IMG/VR virus record: IMGVR_UViG_3300010361_000016
Span: 1 to 47,788 of that record
Length of the DNA stretch: 47,788 nt
Source: a virus
Taxonomy: Duplodnaviria; Caudoviricetes
Strand: one strand, 5' to 3'
Below the pieces are notes generated by a model that worked only from the letters and a program-made list of their open reading frames with translations, ran no database searches and was not told where the DNA came from. Below, one piece after another: positions 1 through 9,318 of this stretch. Both the position numbers and the translations under genes were made by a program. Position 1 is the stretch's first letter. Each line of letters begins with the position of its first letter.

Positions 1-515
<515 letters not shown>

Positions 516-519
<4 letters not shown>

Positions 520-575
520 GACGCTGTTACCTGGCGTTCACCCCACGGGGGGTCTGGGCCTGGTATCGTGGCCAT
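516..575 (-). CDS. putative 19-aa leader peptide coupled to repA (MATIPGPDPPWGERQVTAS)
   Basis: GAAAGGA RBS upstream; its stop overlaps the repA start (ATGA). Confidence 0.35.
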
Positions 576-643
576 CGCTACGGCATTCCTTTCAGACGTA
601 GCCGCGCCCACCTCCCCCGGTAATGGGTCGGTGGACATCCGCG

Positions 644-677
644 AGGCCGGGTCAGGCACGGGGGGCTGACCCGGCCT
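644..677. terminator. 12-bp stem hairpin (AGGCCGGGTCAG / CTGACCCGGCCT) in the repA leader
   Basis: Perfect inverted repeat 644-655 / 666-677. Confidence 0.5.
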
Positions 678-856
678 TCGCACGTTCATGCACGTGTAGC
701 GCCTAACCTACTCCTGCCCTCCACGTGTGGCCAGGTCAGGGGCGGAATCTCACCCATGGGTGAGGCGCGGCCCGCAGCGCCACGGAGAGGCCACGCGTAG
801 ACGGTGGCGCGTCTTTTCCCCCGGCGCGGGAGAAACCGTCTCTCCGTGGAATCCGT

Positions 857-873
857 ACTCCCGACTCGGGAGA
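857..873. promoter_or_regulatory. palindromic operator copy 1 (ACTCCCG-ACT-CGGGAGA)
   Basis: One mismatch to the consensus found at 5 other sites; a degenerate copy lies 40 bp upstream at 817-833. Confidence 0.7.
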
Positions 874-902
874 AATTCCTGGCCTTTTTCTCCCTCCACG
901 TG

Positions 903-931
903 TGGACAGTAGCGGAATGGCGGGGTAAGCT
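903..931 (+). promoter_or_regulatory. sigma-A-like early promoter TGGACA-N17-TAAGCT
   Basis: Canonical spacing; followed by N5-TGCAAG and a GAGAGAGG RBS. Confidence 0.65.
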
Positions 932-974
932 CAAGGTGCAAGCGAACGACAGGGCCACGAGAGAGGCGCACCCC

Positions 975-1289
975 ATGAGCGAGATCACCCTAGCGGCGAA
1001 CGGCAAGCCGAACTACGCCAAGACCCGCAAGGACCTGGAAGAGGTCATGTCCGGTCTGCACCGGCAGGTCAAGGCCATCAAGCTGCGGGCCATGGATGAG
1101 GACCCGTGGGCCGTCGCGGAGATGGCGCAGATCGCGGAGGAGATCAACGCCGCTGTGGTTGAGGTCGTCGCGCGGCTCCGCGAGGTGGGGTACACGTGGA
1201 CGGACATCGGCATGGCGTTCGGGATCTCCGCCACCACCGCGTGCAAGCGCTATGAGCGTAAGATCCGCGCCCTCACCCCCGCCGCCTAA
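975..1289 (+). CDS. helix-turn-helix DNA-binding protein
   Basis: C-terminal GYTWTDIGMAFGISATTACKRY HTH; GAGAGAGG RBS before ATG 975. Confidence 0.7.
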   Translation: MSEITLAANGKPNYAKTRKDLEEVMSGLHRQVKAIKLRAMDEDPWAVAEMAQIAEEINAAVVEVVARLREVGYTWTDIGMAFGISATTACKRYERKIRALTPAA

Positions 1290-1305
1290 CCCACCACCCC
1301 CACCG

Positions 1306-1398
1306 AGTGACGCACACCACACCGCCACCCACCCGCTACCATGCACGCGTGCAGGTTTCGGGTGGTAGGCTGTGCGTGCAAGCACACACCGAGAGAGG
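1306..1398 (+). promoter_or_regulatory. early promoter cassette: AGTGA-N6-CCACA box, hairpin centred on TGCACGCGTGCA, -10 TAGGCT (1366-1371), TGCAAG, GAGAGAGG
   Basis: Same order of elements at 8118, 13154 and 13972. Confidence 0.65.
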
Positions 1399-1407
1399 CA
1401 CCCACAC

Positions 1408-1854
1408 ATGAGCACCACCGCCACCACCACCGCCGCCGAAGCGTTCAACGACGACATGACCGCATACGCCGTGCTCACCATCGGCGCGGACCTGGTGCGG
1501 AAGACGAGCGCCGCGCGTTACGCCACGTGGGAGGACGCCGCCGACGCAGCCGAGAGCGCGGGACGCCGGAAGGGCATGGTGCACGCGCAGGTCGTGACCG
1601 CTGCGCCCTCCACCGCGATCCGGAAGCTGCGCGCCATCAAGGCGGTCCACCGCGTGTGCACCTCCGGCCAGTTCGGGGCGATCACGGTGACGCGTGATGA
1701 GGCCGCTGCCACCATCCGCACGCTGGCCCCCCTGGTGAAGTCGGCCAAGTGGACCGACGCCGTTGAGTCCTACGCCTGCTTCGTGGAGGACACCGAGAAC
1801 CCGCTGTCATGGGCGTACAGCCAGGGCAGCGTCTACTTCGCGTACTCCATCTGA
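1408..1854 (+). CDS. hypothetical protein
   Basis: RBS motif, high GC3. Confidence 0.75.
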   Translation: MSTTATTTAAEAFNDDMTAYAVLTIGADLVRKTSAARYATWEDAADAAESAGRRKGMVHAQVVTAAPSTAIRKLRAIKAVHRVCTSGQFGAITVTRDEAAATIRTLAPLVKSAKWTDAVESYACFVEDTENPLSWAYSQGSVYFAYSI

Positions 1855-1864
1855 CCCACTAGAC

Positions 1865-1899
1865 CAGCGGCCCCGGAACGACCACCTCCGGGGCCGCTG
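1865..1899. terminator. 13-bp stem hairpin CAGCGGCCCCGGA / TCCGGGGCCGCTG
   Basis: Perfect intergenic inverted repeat; sequence related to the hairpin at 18272. Confidence 0.55.
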
Positions 1900-1931
1900 C
1901 CCCCACCCCCATCCGAGAGAGGACACACCCC

Positions 1932-2261
1932 ATGAACCGCCACCACGTTCCCGCGAACATCCTGACCCCGAAGCCGACCCGCGCTGAGCTGTTCACCTGG
2001 CACGGTGACACCAAGACGTTCGTCGCGGAGGCGAGCAGCCTCGGCGCGCGGGCGGGCACCTCCCCGTTCGGGCGCGTCTACGCCGACGCGTGCGATGAGG
2101 GGCTGACGCTGGTGTCGCGCTACTCCGGACGCCAGGACATCGTGTTCGTGGTCTCCCACACCGAGGTCAGCGACGGCGACCTGCTGTGGTGGGATCTGGT
2201 GCCAGCGGACCGGGGCATCGCCCACCGCGTCAACTTCAAGCTCCGCGTGTTCAACGACTAG
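1932..2261 (+). CDS. hypothetical protein
   Basis: GAGAGAGGACACACCCC-ATG leader, GC3-rich. Confidence 0.8.
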   Translation: MNRHHVPANILTPKPTRAELFTWHGDTKTFVAEASSLGARAGTSPFGRVYADACDEGLTLVSRYSGRQDIVFVVSHTEVSDGDLLWWDLVPADRGIAHRVNFKLRVFND

Positions 2262-2275
2262 AGAGGACTCACGCC

Positions 2276-2656
2276 ATGACTTACCCGAACTCATTCGAGG
2301 CCGAGATGGACCGCTGGGAGGCCGCCGACCTGGCGGCGGGACGTGACTGGCGTCCGAACGTGCACACCCCGGACTGCGGCCTTCAGGGCAGCGGCCTGGA
2401 CAAGAGCTGCACGTGCCACGTGGACAACGGCTCGCGCGTCCGTGAGGACGTTACCCACTACCACGCCGCTATCGCCGCGGCGCTGGGCTATGACCCGTCA
2501 CTGGTGTCAGACGCGGAGGTGGTGGCGCGTCACCTCTCCCCGGAGACGCGTGCCCTTATGCGGCGGGTGCTGGACCTGGTTGGCCCCGCTGGTGCGGAGG
2601 CGGTGCGCGACCTGGTGGTGGACGTGTTCCACGCCGGGACGGAGGCGGAGCTGTGA
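2276..2656 (+). CDS. hypothetical protein (H..C..C-x-C motif)
   Basis: GAGAGG RBS before ATG 2276. Confidence 0.7.
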   Translation: MTYPNSFEAEMDRWEAADLAAGRDWRPNVHTPDCGLQGSGLDKSCTCHVDNGSRVREDVTHYHAAIAAALGYDPSLVSDAEVVARHLSPETRALMRRVLDLVGPAGAEAVRDLVVDVFHAGTEAEL

Positions 2657-2907
2657 CCTGGGCCACAGGTGGCAAGGCGGGGACGCTCTGGACGTCCCCG
2701 CTGACGCAGGCTGACGCGGTGCGTGCGCTAGGCGCGCTGTTCCGCGTGGGAAGCGCCGTCGCGCGCACCGCGTGCCGGGAGGCGCACGCACACGGGAGCT
2801 ACGAGGCACCGGACGGTGAATGGTCCCTGGACTACTCCGGCAGCCCGAGCGCGGGCAGCCGTGGCCGGTACACGATCCTGTGGGACGCGCCGAAGGTGGA
2901 CGCGTGA
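2653..2907 (+). CDS. hypothetical protein
   Basis: GTGA overlaps on both sides. Confidence 0.65.
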   Translation: MTWATGGKAGTLWTSPLTQADAVRALGALFRVGSAVARTACREAHAHGSYEAPDGEWSLDYSGSPSAGSRGRYTILWDAPKVDA

Positions 2908-3161
2908 ACCGGCCAGCGAACGCGGAGCACGTGCCCGAGCCCACGAGGGTGAGTGACGCCGTGATCTTCGCCGGGGTGCTCATGCACTTCGTCGGGGGCA
3001 GCGAGGAGCTGTGCGAGCGCTTGGCCCGGTGGATGGAGCATCACGAGGGCGACCTGGACGCCGGGATCATCCGCTGGTACACGGCCACGTGCCACAGGCT
3101 GCTTGAGCCCGACTGTGACATGCCCCTTGATGGGAACATGCACCCTGGCCGGGTGCGGTGA
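2904..3161 (+). CDS. hypothetical protein
   Basis: GTGA overlap with the upstream gene. Confidence 0.6.
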   Translation: MNRPANAEHVPEPTRVSDAVIFAGVLMHFVGGSEELCERLARWMEHHEGDLDAGIIRWYTATCHRLLEPDCDMPLDGNMHPGRVR

Positions 3162-3392
3162 CACGCGCCGTAGCAGGCTCCCGAAGCGGGAGCATGTCCA
3201 GGGACATACGCCAACGGGAGCCCCGCGCCATTGCTGGTGCGGGGCTCCCGTCCGAGAGAGGAGCCGTCCCGATGAGCGTCGGTCACAGCCCCATGTGGCA
3301 CAGCGTACAGCATGGTTTCGGCGGTTGCCCATACCCCATGACACGCCGCGTGCGCTTGGCTAGGGTGGGTGGTCCCAACGAGAGGGGACGGG

Positions 3393-3533
3393 ATGTATGA
3401 CAAGCGCGTGGCCGTGGTGATCGTGCTGGCGATAGGGCTGATCACGATCCTGCTGGCGACGGGGTGGCTGCTCGGCGGTGAGGATGATCCTGGGCCGCTG
3501 CCCACCGTCACCCCCACCTGGACGCTGCCATGA
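3393..3533 (+). CDS. small single-pass membrane protein (46 aa, MYDKRVAVVIVLAIGLITILLATGWLLGG...)
   Basis: Own translation; GAGAGGGG RBS; ATGA overlap with the next gene; below the ORF-track cutoff. Confidence 0.65.
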   Translation: MYDKRVAVVIVLAIGLITILLATGWLLGGEDDPGPLPTVTPTWTLP

Positions 3534-3829
3534 GCGCGCCGGAGACGTGGACGATCGACCAGCTCCGCGCGTACGTGCAGCGCCAGTGGGAGGATGAAGC
3601 GCCCGCCGTGATGGAGCAGATCGGGCGGTGGCTGGCGCGTGGTGACGGCGCGGCGGTGTACGAGAATCACGACCTGGGACACCCGCAGGTCGGGATGCCG
3701 AAGATCGTCTCGTATGGCAGCGGGGACGCGCAGCTAGAGACGGATGAGCCACCCTCGCAGCTACCCGACATCGGCGGGCTCATCGGGTGGCGCTTCGCCC
3801 TGGTGGCCACCTTCCGGAATGCTTCCTGA
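3530..3829 (+). CDS. hypothetical protein
   Basis: Coupled start, GC3-rich. Confidence 0.7.
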   Translation: MSAPETWTIDQLRAYVQRQWEDEAPAVMEQIGRWLARGDGAAVYENHDLGHPQVGMPKIVSYGSGDAQLETDEPPSQLPDIGGLIGWRFALVATFRNAS

Positions 3830-4016
3830 GCGCTAGGGAAGTGTGGTATTTCTAGGGCACACGAGAGAGGTGGTGATGAGCATGGACGCAGGGCTGCCAG
3901 CGCCGCCCCGCCGATCACCAGCGAGCGAGTCACCAGTGATGCCGTTGGATTGCGGACGGCGGGTGCCACCCCAATTAGCGCACCGGCAGCCAACACGGCA
4001 CCCTGCCGTTGTCGCA

Positions 4017-4067
4017 TCTGGTAGAGGACCGGGCCGCGTCTCCCCCGAGCGCTCCCGGTCCTCTCCA
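4017..4067. terminator. long hairpin CTGG-T-AGAGGACCGGG / CCCGGTCCTCT-CCAG
   Basis: Inverted repeat upstream of the recombination operon. Confidence 0.45.
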
Positions 4068-4138
4068 GGTCTGGGGAATGTCGGAGGGCCGTGGTTTAGT
4101 GGGGCACCTCATGAACGCGGGAGAGGAGCGCGGGACGC

Positions 4139-5170
4139 ATGGCAGCGAAGCTACTGATGACGCAGGATCAGGTGACGGCGGACAGGGAGATGTGGCAGGC
4201 GTGGAGGCGCACGGGCGTCACCGCGAGCGAGATATCGGCGGTGCTGGGCATCTGCCCCCCGGAGCATGGCTCACCGCTGGCACTGTTCATCGCCAAGCAG
4301 GTCGGTGAGATACCGCAGGACACGGACGAGATGACACGCGGGAGGCACCTTGAGCCCTACGTGCTGGAGCGCTTCGCGCACGCTCACCCTGACCTGGAGG
4401 TGCTGCCGGGAGGGCTGTACGTGAACACCGACCGGCCGTGGCAGATGGCCACGCATGACGCGCTGGCCGTGGACCCGGCCACGGTGGGCATCGACCGGGA
4501 GGTGATCGCCGGTAACGGGTGGAGGCCGGACGCGCTGGCGCTTCCGGTGCAGGCGAAGACATCGATTAACAGCGAGGGGTGGGGTGAGCCGGGAAGCCCG
4601 GACGTGCCCGTGCACTACCGGGCGCAGACTCTCTACGAGATGGATGTGCGCGGCGCGTCCACCGGGTTCGTGCCGGTGCTGTTCATGACGGACTGGAAGT
4701 TCGCCACGTACGTGATCGAGATGGATGAGGACTCACGCGCGGACGTGGAGGTGATGCGCGCCGAGGCCGAAGCGTTCATGCGCAGGCTGGAGGACGATGA
4801 CCCGCCTCCGGTGGACTGGACCCCGGCGACGACGCGCGCACTGAAGTCGCTGCACACCGATGCGCCCGAGGGTGAGGTGCGCATTAACGCGGAGCTGGCC
4901 AAGCGGTACCGTGCGGCGAGGCGCGCGAACACCAGGTCGGAGCGCCGCCTGGCGCTAGCGGTGAACGAGATCCTGGCGACGGCGGGAGGCGCACGCACCA
5001 TCACGGCGCACACCGGAGGCCGAGACGTGAAGGTGGCCACGCGCACCAAGTTCCCGCGCGGTTTCATCGACGCGGCTGTGCTGCGTGAGGAGCACCCCGA
5101 CATCGCTAAGGCAGTGACGCGTCACACGAACGTGACGGCGCTGTATCCGGGTAAGTGGGCCAAGGAATGA
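4139..5170 (+). CDS. YqaJ-like (RecE/lambda-exo family) exonuclease
   Basis: W...RRTGVTASEISAVLG, RGRHLEP, MATHDAL, Q-A-K-T and VPVHYRAQ motifs; adjacent to RecT. Confidence 0.9.
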   Translation: MAAKLLMTQDQVTADREMWQAWRRTGVTASEISAVLGICPPEHGSPLALFIAKQVGEIPQDTDEMTRGRHLEPYVLERFAHAHPDLEVLPGGLYVNTDRPWQMATHDALAVDPATVGIDREVIAGNGWRPDALALPVQAKTSINSEGWGEPGSPDVPVHYRAQTLYEMDVRGASTGFVPVLFMTDWKFATYVIEMDEDSRADVEVMRAEAEAFMRRLEDDDPPPVDWTPATTRALKSLHTDAPEGEVRINAELAKRYRAARRANTRSERRLALAVNEILATAGGARTITAHTGGRDVKVATRTKFPRGFIDAAVLREEHPDIAKAVTRHTNVTALYPGKWAKE

Positions 5171-5191
5171 GAGCGGAGAGGATGACGCACG

Positions 5192-6295
5192 ATGAGTGAG
5201 CGCACGGTACGGGGCGCGATGGAGGAGCGGAAGGGCACGGGAGCTAAGACAGCGACCGACCCCGGCGGCGCTGAGCTGGCCGTCCGCCCCGACCAGGATT
5301 TCTGGACGGCACGGCAGGTCGCTGCGCTACGCGCGCTCGGCATCACCCACGCGACGAACGCGGACCTGGCGCTGTTCCTCCACTACTGCGCACGCACGAA
5401 GCTGGACCCGTTCTCCCGGCAGATCTACATGCTGGAGCGGCGCACTAAGAACCGTGACACGAATCAGTGGGAGTACGCGCAGACGATCCAGGTGGGGATC
5501 GACGGGTACAGGGTGATCGGCCAGCGGGCGGCACGCAACGAGGAGGTGTACCTGGAGTACGAGCCGACGATATGGTTCGACGCCAAGGGCAACAGGCACG
5601 ATGTGTGGCTAGGCGCTGAGCCGCCGTTCGCTGCGCTCGTCGTGGTGGTGAAGCACCTCCCGAACGGGACGGTGCTGCGGTTCCCCGGCATCGCCCGGTT
5701 CTCCTCTTACGCGGCGTGGACACGCGAGGGGAACCTTCAGGGCCAGTGGGGTGTCATGGCCGATCACATGATCGAGAAGTGCGCCGAAGCGTTCGCGCTG
5801 CGCCGCGCGTTCCCGCATGACCTGGGCGGCATGTACGTCGAGGAGGAACTACAGCACACCCCGCCGCCGAAGCTGAAGGGATACCGGCGAGACCCCGAAA
5901 CCGCCGATGAGTTCGTGGTACAGGGGGAGGCGCTCCGTACGGCTGCACCAGCCCCGGAGGACGATGAGGACACGGAACGGGATGATGACACCCAGGACGG
6001 GGAGAACGAGCCGCCAGCGCCGCCTCCGACCCGGCAGCAGGCCAACAGGAGGATACACGCGATCTTCAGTGACCATGGGCTCGGGGACAAGGCGGACGCG
6101 AAGGTGCGCGGAGCTGTGATCGCTGGCCTGCTGAACCTGGACGTGCCCACCTCCAGCGCGGAGCTGAGCGCCGAGCAGATGGGTGCCGCCGTGGAGGCGC
6201 TGGCCCGGTTCTGCGACGAGGCCGAGGTGCGCGAGGAGAATGTGCACGACGCGCTGGTGAAGCTCGCGTCGGCCAGGCTAGGCGCGCAGCGGTGA
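5192..6295 (+). CDS. RecT/Bet ssDNA annealing protein
   Basis: LFLHYCARTKLDPFSRQIY, IQVGIDGYR, MIEKCAEAFALRRAFP. Confidence 0.9.
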   Translation: MSERTVRGAMEERKGTGAKTATDPGGAELAVRPDQDFWTARQVAALRALGITHATNADLALFLHYCARTKLDPFSRQIYMLERRTKNRDTNQWEYAQTIQVGIDGYRVIGQRAARNEEVYLEYEPTIWFDAKGNRHDVWLGAEPPFAALVVVVKHLPNGTVLRFPGIARFSSYAAWTREGNLQGQWGVMADHMIEKCAEAFALRRAFPHDLGGMYVEEELQHTPPPKLKGYRRDPETADEFVVQGEALRTAAPAPEDDEDTERDDDTQDGENEPPAPPPTRQQANRRIHAIFSDHGLGDKADAKVRGAVIAGLLNLDVPTSSAELSAEQMGAAVEALARFCDEAEVREENVHDALVKLASARLGAQR

Positions 6296-6489
6296 CCACC
6301 ATCTACATCGTGTTCGACGCGTACCTGCTCGGCAGGTCCGTGGCTGGCGTGTTCAATGACGAGGTGCTGGCGTTGCGGTACGCGCACGAGTACCCGCTGC
6401 CACAGGGCGTGATGCGGCGTGTGGTCGAACCGCACGCGGTGCAGACATGCCTCGCGCCACCACGAGCGCTTACAGGTGGTGAGTCGTGA
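6292..6489 (+). CDS. hypothetical protein
   Basis: GTGA-coupled. Confidence 0.6.
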   Translation: MTTIYIVFDAYLLGRSVAGVFNDEVLALRYAHEYPLPQGVMRRVVEPHAVQTCLAPPRALTGGES

Positions 6490-6728
6490 CCACGGCTGAC
6501 TTCGATGACCGGATCGTCAAGTGGCTGCGCGAACACCCGATGGCCTCCGCTGGTGAGGTGGCCGACGCCACCGGCATCAGCAACAAGGTGGTGGCGCTCG
6601 TGATGCTGCGCCGGCTCAGCGACGAGGGCAGGGTGAGGCGCATCCGATACCACCGCGGCCCGTTCCTGTGGATCACGGTGGACCCGGACGCGGAGCCACC
6701 TCTCACGGCGGTGCCGCGTGAACCTTGA
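6486..6728 (+). CDS. winged-helix DNA-binding protein
   Basis: IVKWLREHP.ASAGEVADATGIS...LRRLSDEGRVRR. Confidence 0.65.
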   Translation: MTTADFDDRIVKWLREHPMASAGEVADATGISNKVVALVMLRRLSDEGRVRRIRYHRGPFLWITVDPDAEPPLTAVPREP

Positions 6729-6924
6729 CCCGACCCCGGAGCTGGTGCACACGTGGCTAGGTGAGCACCCGCACTCGTCGGCGCGTGAGGTGGCCATGGG
6801 GCTGCACGTGCCGAATGACAGGACCGTGTTCATGGTGCTGGAGCGCCTGGAGCTGGCGGGACGCGCGCAGCGGTGGCAGGCTCCGAACGGGCCGTGGAGG
6901 TGGGAGGCGGTGACCCCGAGATGA
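6718..6924 (+). CDS. winged-helix DNA-binding protein, paralog of 6486-6728
   Basis: WLGEHPHSSAREVAMGL...LERLELAGRAQRW. Confidence 0.6.
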   Translation: MNLDPTPELVHTWLGEHPHSSAREVAMGLHVPNDRTVFMVLERLELAGRAQRWQAPNGPWRWEAVTPR

Positions 6925-7415
6925 GACGAACGCAGTACCGGCAGCTCCGGCCCGGTGAGGAGCCGCCGCCCGGTGAGCCTAAGCGATACACATCCGACAA
7001 GCGCGGATACGTACGGCTAAGGTGGAAGGTCGGGCCAGCATCATACGTGGAGACATACGAGCAGGTTGCGGCGGAGGTGGGCCGTGACCCGGCGACGGTG
7101 AGCAGGGCTCTGCGTGCTGCCGGAGTGCTGCCACGCAGGCAGGGTGCGGCCCGGAAAGTCAATGACGTGCCACCCCGGACCCGGCAGTTCGTGCAGGCAA
7201 GGGCAGGGATGCGCTGCGAACGGTGCGGTAAGCCGCTGGTCTGGAGTGGCGGCCACATCCACCATAAGCAGACGAGAGCACTCGGCAACCACGAGCCGGA
7301 TAACCTGCTGTACCTGTGCCCGGAGTGCCATGAGTGGGCGCACCGGCACCCGGCGCAGGCACGGGACGAGGGCGTGATCGTGTCGCGCTACATGGGAGAG
7401 GAGCGGGAACAGTGA
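6921..7415 (+). CDS. HNH endonuclease with N-terminal extension and HTH
   Basis: CERCG...HIHHK...N.LLYLCPECHEWAH; ATGA-coupled start at 6921. Confidence 0.85.
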   Translation: MRRTQYRQLRPGEEPPPGEPKRYTSDKRGYVRLRWKVGPASYVETYEQVAAEVGRDPATVSRALRAAGVLPRRQGAARKVNDVPPRTRQFVQARAGMRCERCGKPLVWSGGHIHHKQTRALGNHEPDNLLYLCPECHEWAHRHPAQARDEGVIVSRYMGEEREQ

Positions 7416-7639
7416 CCGAGCGTCAGCTATGGGTGGACAGGTTCCCCGAGCACCTGCGCCGCCGCGTGAAGTCGCAGGCGGCGCTGGAAGGTAAGACGAT
7501 GCGTGAGGCCATCATCGAGGCTGTCGGTGCGTGGTGTGACGCGAGACCCCCCGTCGCAGGAGGCGGGGCAACGAGAGAGGTAACCGATCATGAGCGAGAT
7601 GAGCGTAGAGGCGCGGGACTGGCTGCACGCCGCCGATGA
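7412..7639 (+). CDS. ribbon-helix-helix DNA-binding protein
   Basis: QLWVDRFPEHLRRRVKSQAALEGKTMREAIIEAVGAW; GGAGAGGAG RBS. Confidence 0.65.
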   Translation: MTERQLWVDRFPEHLRRRVKSQAALEGKTMREAIIEAVGAWCDARPPVAGGGATREVTDHERDERRGAGLAARRR

Positions 7640-8099
7640 TGACGTGCTGGCCTGCCGGGGCGCGGGACGACACGGCTTCGACAAGCTGCGGCGCAACAGG
7701 CCGATGACTAACACGCACACGATGCCGGTGCTGGGGTCACGGAACGGCGTGGTGATGATCGTGCAGACGTGCCCTGACTGCCGGATGGTGGAACGGACCA
7801 TGGTCACCGCGCCGCGCGGCTCGATCGACCTCCCGGCTAAGTGGCGCTACCGGGTGGACCCCCGCTACAGGTCCCCGAAGGGCTCCGGTGTTACCGGGCG
7901 CATGGCGCTAGCGGAGACAGTGCGGCGCATGGATGAGGACGGGACGATAGCGAAGATGAGCGCGGCTGCCAGCGCCCGCCAGCCCACGGGGGCGGGTGAT
8001 GGGGGTGATGACATGGGGTCACCCCGTGCCGCGTCTCAGGCGCAGGGCGGGACTCCCGTGTCGGGAGTAGTTCCTGGGGTTACGTTCAAGACCCCCTGA
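7590..8099 (+). CDS. hypothetical Zn-binding protein (C..H..CPDC)
   Basis: GAGAGAGG RBS; Cys/His pattern. Confidence 0.7.
   Translation: MSEMSVEARDWLHAADDDVLACRGAGRHGFDKLRRNRPMTNTHTMPVLGSRNGVVMIVQTCPDCRMVERTMVTAPRGSIDLPAKWRYRVDPRYRSPKGSGVTGRMALAETVRRMDEDGTIAKMSAAASARQPTGAGDGGDDMGSPRAASQAQGGTPVSGVVPGVTFKTP
8052..8068. promoter_or_regulatory. palindromic operator copy 2 (ACTCCCG-TGT-CGGGAGT)
   Basis: Perfect 7-3-7 palindrome identical to 13117 and 21255. Confidence 0.75.
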
Positions 8100-8117
8100 G
8101 CGGCGGGGTGCGCCTAT

Positions 8118-8211
8118 CCCCCACGCGTGCATGTGGCGCACGCCACACGGGACCATGTTCCTACCATGCACGCGTGGGGGGTATGGTGTGTGTGCACGAC
8201 CACGAGAGAGG
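8118..8211 (+). promoter_or_regulatory. early promoter cassette: 16-bp inverted repeat (8118-8133 / 8165-8180) around TGTGG-N6-CCACA (8132-8147), -10 TATGGT (8182-8187), GAGAGAGG
   Basis: Read directly; shares its elements with the other cassettes. Confidence 0.65.
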
Positions 8212-8220
8212 ACACCCACC

Positions 8221-8481
8221 ATGGAGACTGACCGCCGCTGGAGCGCCAGGATCGAGTTCCTAACCGAGACCGGACGCCGCATCGAAGTGGTGGACGCCAC
8301 TGCCAGCGACTATGACCTCCAGCGCGACCAGCTCAGGAGCGCGCTACGTGAGGCCATGGAGTACATCGCCGCTGGCCTCGCCGTGGACGCTCACGTTGAG
8401 CTGTTCAAGACCACTAAGGCACATGGCACGCGCCGTGACCGGACCTGGTACCTGGACGGTCGCACGGGCCGCGCGTACTAG
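8221..8481 (+). CDS. hypothetical protein
   Basis: GAGAGAGG RBS before ATG 8221. Confidence 0.75.
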   Translation: METDRRWSARIEFLTETGRRIEVVDATASDYDLQRDQLRSALREAMEYIAAGLAVDAHVELFKTTKAHGTRRDRTWYLDGRTGRAY

Positions 8482-8516
8482 GCACACCCCACCCCACCGA
8501 GGAGAGGACACACCCC

Positions 8517-8765
8517 ATGATCACCGGACACCCCCTGGCAGACATCACCCCCCTGCCCCCCATCGTGAACGCGCGGCAGGCGCGTGAGGTGGCGCAAGAC
8601 CTGATCATCGACAAGGGCGTACACATCGTCACGGAGTTCCTGACCGAGATCCTGGAGGCGCACCTACTCCGTGAGCCCACCGACGCCGAGGTCGCGCTCG
8701 TGTCGCAGCAGGTGCGCGTGCAGGGTAATAGGGTCCGCCGCCTGTTCGGCTACGAGGCCGAGTAA
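8517..8765 (+). CDS. hypothetical protein
   Basis: Conserved leader motif. Confidence 0.75.
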   Translation: MITGHPLADITPLPPIVNARQAREVAQDLIIDKGVHIVTEFLTEILEAHLLREPTDAEVALVSQQVRVQGNRVRRLFGYEAE

Positions 8766-8798
8766 AAAAACCCACCATCTGAGAGAGGACACCCACCC

Positions 8799-9026
8799 AT
8801 GAGCCTGAAGCCGATCACCCTAGCCCTGGCCGCTGAGTACGCCACCGCCCTTGAGGGCCGGGGAGGCTATGCCCCCGTTGACGTGGCCGTGCGCGACGAC
8901 CAGACGGCGCTGGTGACGTTCGGGCGTGACAGGCTCACCTTCATGACTACCGCCCGAGGCATGCGCTGTGACATGCGCTCCTGGGCCGCCGAGGACGCGA
9001 CCGACACGATGCTCCGCAACCGCTGA
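8799..9026 (+). CDS. hypothetical protein
   Basis: Conserved leader motif. Confidence 0.75.
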   Translation: MSLKPITLALAAEYATALEGRGGYAPVDVAVRDDQTALVTFGRDRLTFMTTARGMRCDMRSWAAEDATDTMLRNR

Positions 9027-9058
9027 GCACCCCACCTAACCGAGAGAGGATTCACCCC

Positions 9059-9313
9059 ATGGAACTGACCATTGACGAGCTGATCGACCTGCTGGCCGAC
9101 GCGCGTGACGACCTGGGCGGAGACGCGCCCGTGCGGGTGGCGTACCAGCCCTCGTGGCCGCTGCGCGGTGTGGTCTCCAGCTTCATGAGCCCTAACCCCA
9201 CCGCCGCCGAGGATGCCGACCCTGACCGCCGCGCCGTGTGGCTCGGCGTGGGTAACGCACCCCACGACGAGAACCCGTACGCGCCCGAGTGGGCATTCGG
9301 CGGAGAGGAGTGA
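9059..9313 (+). CDS. hypothetical acidic protein
   Basis: Conserved leader motif, GC3-rich. Confidence 0.8.
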   Translation: MELTIDELIDLLADARDDLGGDAPVRVAYQPSWPLRGVVSSFMSPNPTAAEDADPDRRAVWLGVGNAPHDENPYAPEWAFGGEE

Positions 9314-9318
9314 GCGTC

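Noticed and set aside
3103-3400. CDS call between 3161 and 3393
   Set aside because: Competing frames (3103-3363, 3158-3400, 3272-3400) could not be resolved by eye, so the region is left unannotated
3830-4135. tRNA or tmRNA gene
   Set aside because: No cloverleaf with a GTTCRA T-loop found here or in the other intergenic gaps
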